DNA of 64,000 bases, from assembly GCA_947478395.1 (NCBI GenBank), contig CANJVR010000002.1:64001-128000 (forward strand). The letters run 5' to 3'. Source of the DNA: Opitutia bacterium (lineage in GTDB: Bacteria > Verrucomicrobiota > Verrucomicrobiia > Opitutales > Opitutaceae). The notes under the pieces were generated by a model that saw only the letters and a list, made by a program, of their open reading frames with translations, was not told where the DNA came from and ran no database searches. The position numbers and the translations under genes are program-made. The stretch's first letter is position 1. Every line of letters starts with the position of its first letter. Of the stretch, positions 61,465 through 64,000 are shown one piece after another.

Positions 61465-62153
61465 GGCGTCGCCGCGGGCACGCGAATGGTTTTCAGGAAG
61501 GCATCGAAGGCGGGCTTTTCGCGGGTCAGAAGCGCGGGCGGTCCGGTGAATTTAAAAAACCACGTCGCGCCTGCGCTCGGTACCATCGCTCCGAGCACGC
61601 GCTGCGGCCCTCCGTCAGGCCCTTTCCCAGTGAAGTCGACGACCGCCCTAGCGAGGCCGTTTTGTTCGGAACGGACCATGGCGGTCGCTAGCTCGGCCGG
61701 CGACAATGGAGGCAATTGAATTTGCCCGCGCCAGCGATTCACGTTCGCCAGTTCGCCGCCGACATCGCCCGGGAAAGCCGTAATCGAAAGCTCAGCAACT
61801 GCGCCACCGTCGCCATTCGCGACGTAGGTGGCCTTACGCATTGCCGAAGCCGGTTTCGAAACCCAGTGGCTCGGAGCGGTCCAACTAAGCCCTTCGCCCG
61901 ATGCCGTGGGCACCGCGGTATTTGCCATGGGGGCGCTGCCGGTCGGCCCGCTCGGAGCGGGCGCGGCCGGTGCGGCAGCGGAGGCCGAAGGACCAGCCGC
62001 TGCGCCGCCGGCTGCGGGCATCGCGGCCGGCATCTCCAGCGCTTTTTCCTTCGGAATGCGGTACGAGGTCACTTCACGATCGCGGCAGCCGGAGGAAAAA
62101 GCGCACAGCAACAGGATGCTGGACGCGCAAAAGGAAAAGGTGGGGTGGCGCAT
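61461..62153 (-). CDS. Hypothetical lipoprotein
   Basis: Signal peptide ending 'SSGC'; Ala/Pro linker; 'GGELANVNRWRGQ', 'TWFFKFTG'; ATGA-coupled to resB. Confidence 0.75.
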   Translation of the reverse strand: MRHPTFSFCASSILLLCAFSSGCRDREVTSYRIPKEKALEMPAAMPAAGGAAAGPSASAAAPAAPAPSGPTGSAPMANTAVPTASGEGLSWTAPSHWVSKPASAMRKATYVANGDGGAVAELSITAFPGDVGGELANVNRWRGQIQLPPLSPAELATAMVRSEQNGLARAVVDFTGKGPDGGPQRVLGAMVPSAGATWFFKFTGPPALLTREKPAFDAFLKTIRVPAATP

Positions 62154-62648
62154 GGGAGAGTGCAGTCTATCGATTACTTACGGAGTTCAACCCTATCCGT
62201 GAAAGTATCAGCAGCGCACGTGTTCGCGCGGAACGAACTGATGAGTGGCCGCAGGATCGAAGGTTGAGCCAAAACGCGCCCGGACTTCGTGGCGCAACCC
62301 TCGTCGCGCAGGAAAACGCCATTAGGCCTGAAAGCACGGCGGTAAAATTTTATCAATATTCGGACGGCCTTGCACCTTCACGAAGGTGCGGTGGGCGTCG
62401 GAGCACCGGTGGTGACGAATTTCGGGCCCGAGGTACTGTACACCGTATCGGCCCCCCCCTTCGGGCTAACTTTCGCGGCGTCCTGCACGGTTAAGGAGTA
62501 ATTGTCCCGGGCACCGGCGCGCCGCCCGCGGTAGTTCAGCGTGAGGACCCAAAGGCAGATGTGGTTAATCGCATAGGCTCCACGCCCGGCTCTTGGGTGC
62601 GGACTTTTTTATTTTGTCTCGGTCACGGTGCCGATGAAGATCGCGGCC

Positions 62649-64000
62649 ATGTTGTTCGCACCCTTGGGCGATTCGGCCGTGACGGTCACGGTCGCTGGTC
62701 GAACGCACGACGATACGCTCGCGGCAGTCAGTGGGCTGGCCGCGGAGTTGCGCAACGCGGGGATCCCCGGAATAACGGACGTCGTTCCTGCGTATGAAAC
62801 GGTCACGCTCTTTTATGAGCCGCGGCGTTGGACGGGCGAAACGGGTCGATCGTACGAAAAAATCTGCGCAGCCATCCGATCTGTCGCCGAGAAATTCGCG
62901 GGCTCCGCTCATCAGCAGCTTGCCGGAGCCGTCGGTGCGGTGCGATGCGTTGAGATTCCAGTGAACTACGGCGCCGTCGACGGTCCCGATCTCGGCGGTG
63001 TGGCCGCGCACGCCGGCCTGACCGAAAGCGAGGTCATCGCTCAACATAGCGGCGTGGAATATCGCGTGCAGGCCATCGGGTTTGCACCGGGATTTCCTTA
63101 TTTGAGTGGATTGCCGGCGGCGCTCGCAACGCCGCGACGCTCAACGCCACGGACTTCGTTGCCCGCTGGAAGCGTCGGCATCGGTGGCGCGCAGACGGGG
63201 ATTTATCCGCTGTCGTCTCCCGGCGGCTGGAACCTGATCGGCCGGACGGCCGTGAAGTTATTCGATCCCTCTCGCGCCGAGCCCGCTCTTTTGCGCGTCG
63301 GCGACCGCGTGAAATTCCGCGCGGCCTCGACCTCCGCCGCCGAATCCACCGCCCTATCCGGCGTCTCCGGCATCTCCGCTTCGGTCCCTGCGCTCAACGG
63401 GGAATGTCACTTAATAAGTGACATTCCCTCGGGAGAACGTGGGGACGGAATGCGAGTGATCAACGCGGGGATGTTGACGACGGTGCAGGATTTGGGGCGG
63501 GTGGGATATCGCGCGGCGGGGGTGCCGCTGAGCGGGGCCATGGATGCGGTGGCGCTCCGGCTGGCCAACTTGCTGGTGGGAAACGCGGAAGACGCGGCGG
63601 GTTTGGAGTTCACGCTCATCGGGCCGGAAATCGAATTTCGGACCGATACGCTCATCGCGCTGACGGGAGCGAAATTTCCGGGATGTCCCGCCGCCCGGGT
63701 CGTTCGGGTGGTTGCAGGCCAGCGCATCAAATTCGGCGCCGCGACCAAAGGCTGTCGCGGCTACCTCGCGATCGCTGGTGGGGTGAGCGTGCCGCCGGTT
63801 TTAGGCAGCCGCAGCACGTTTGCACGCGCTGCGTTGGGCGGGATCGAGGGCCGGGCACTGCGGGCGGGCGATAGCGTGCCAATCAATGCGGTGCAGCGTA
63901 GCGTCGCGGACCACTGGTGGCTCGATGAGCGATTTTTCCCGAGCTACTCGTCCGCGCCGACCGTTCGGGTGGTGGCGGGTGCCCACGGCATGGCGTATGG
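62649..64000 (+). CDS. Fused 5-oxoprolinase PxpB-PxpC-like protein (partial, runs off the window; absent from the ORF track)
   Basis: Manual translation: '[43 protein letters not shown]' then in frame '[21 protein letters not shown]'; alternative ATG at 62634. Confidence 0.88.
   Translation, partial: MLFAPLGDSAVTVTVAGRTHDDTLAAVSGLAAELRNAGIPGITDVVPAYETVTLFYEPRRWTGETGRSYEKICAAIRSVAEKFAGSAHQQLAGAVGAVRCVEIPVNYGAVDGPDLGGVAAHAGLTESEVIAQHSGVEYRVQAIGFAPGFPYLSGLPAALATPRRSTPRTSLPAGSVGIGGAQTGIYPLSSPGGWNLIGRTAVKLFDPSRAEPALLRVGDRVKFRAASTSAAESTALSGVSGISASVPALNGECHLISDIPSGERGDGMRVINAGMLTTVQDLGRVGYRAAGVPLSGAMDAVALRLANLLVGNAEDAAGLEFTLIGPEIEFRTDTLIALTGAKFPGCPAARVVRVVAGQRIKFGAATKGCRGYLAIAGGVSVPPVLGSRSTFARAALGGIEGRALRAGDSVPINAVQRSVADHWWLDERFFPSYSSAPTVRVVAGAHGMAY
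63400..63428. repeat. Perfect 29-bp palindrome within the pxpB-pxpC linker
   Basis: GGGAATGTCACTTA-A-TAAGTGACATTCCC. Confidence 0.9.

Noticed and set aside
62238..62276. Hammerhead-like CTGATGAG..GCCAAAAC
   Set aside because: Lacks the required C-GAAA after stem II
62372..62389. 8-bp palindrome GCACCTTC-AC-GAAGGTGC as an operator
   Set aside because: Single short instance with no candidate regulator; could be chance

Overview
GC-rich bacterial chromosome segment, inferred to be Opitutaceae/Verrucomicrobiota from a PVC-signature small basic protein, a PVC-type heme-binding CxxCH protein and pyrimidine-rich leaders without Shine-Dalgarno motifs. Most of it is housekeeping: gcvT/H, speA, yajC-secDF-recJ, two tRNA-Arg genes, raiA, gltX, glnS, rpoZ-smpB-thrB, serS-tilS-ftsH-ugd, alr-tsaB, tig-clpP-clpX, transaldolase, system II cytochrome c maturation and a pxpB-pxpC fusion that runs off the right edge. 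I found no CRISPR array, integrase, transposase, reverse transcriptase or recognisable defence system. The unexplained structure is mainly non-coding. At least seven families of short palindromic repeats occur, including eight copies of a ~138-bp MITE-like element with an internal GTAG-REP hairpin. One family appears empty, carrying a MITE, and enclosing a 1.2-kb DUF429 gene cassette. Protein-level oddities are a 1453-aa GT4/coiled-coil/GT2-GT2 protein whose coiled coil is built from 42-nt (two-heptad) tandem repeats, an LpxL-like acyltransferase fused to a GT9 domain, repeats embedded in frame in two genes, and an internally deleted peptidase pseudogene. All family calls come from motif recognition by eye; no database searches were run.
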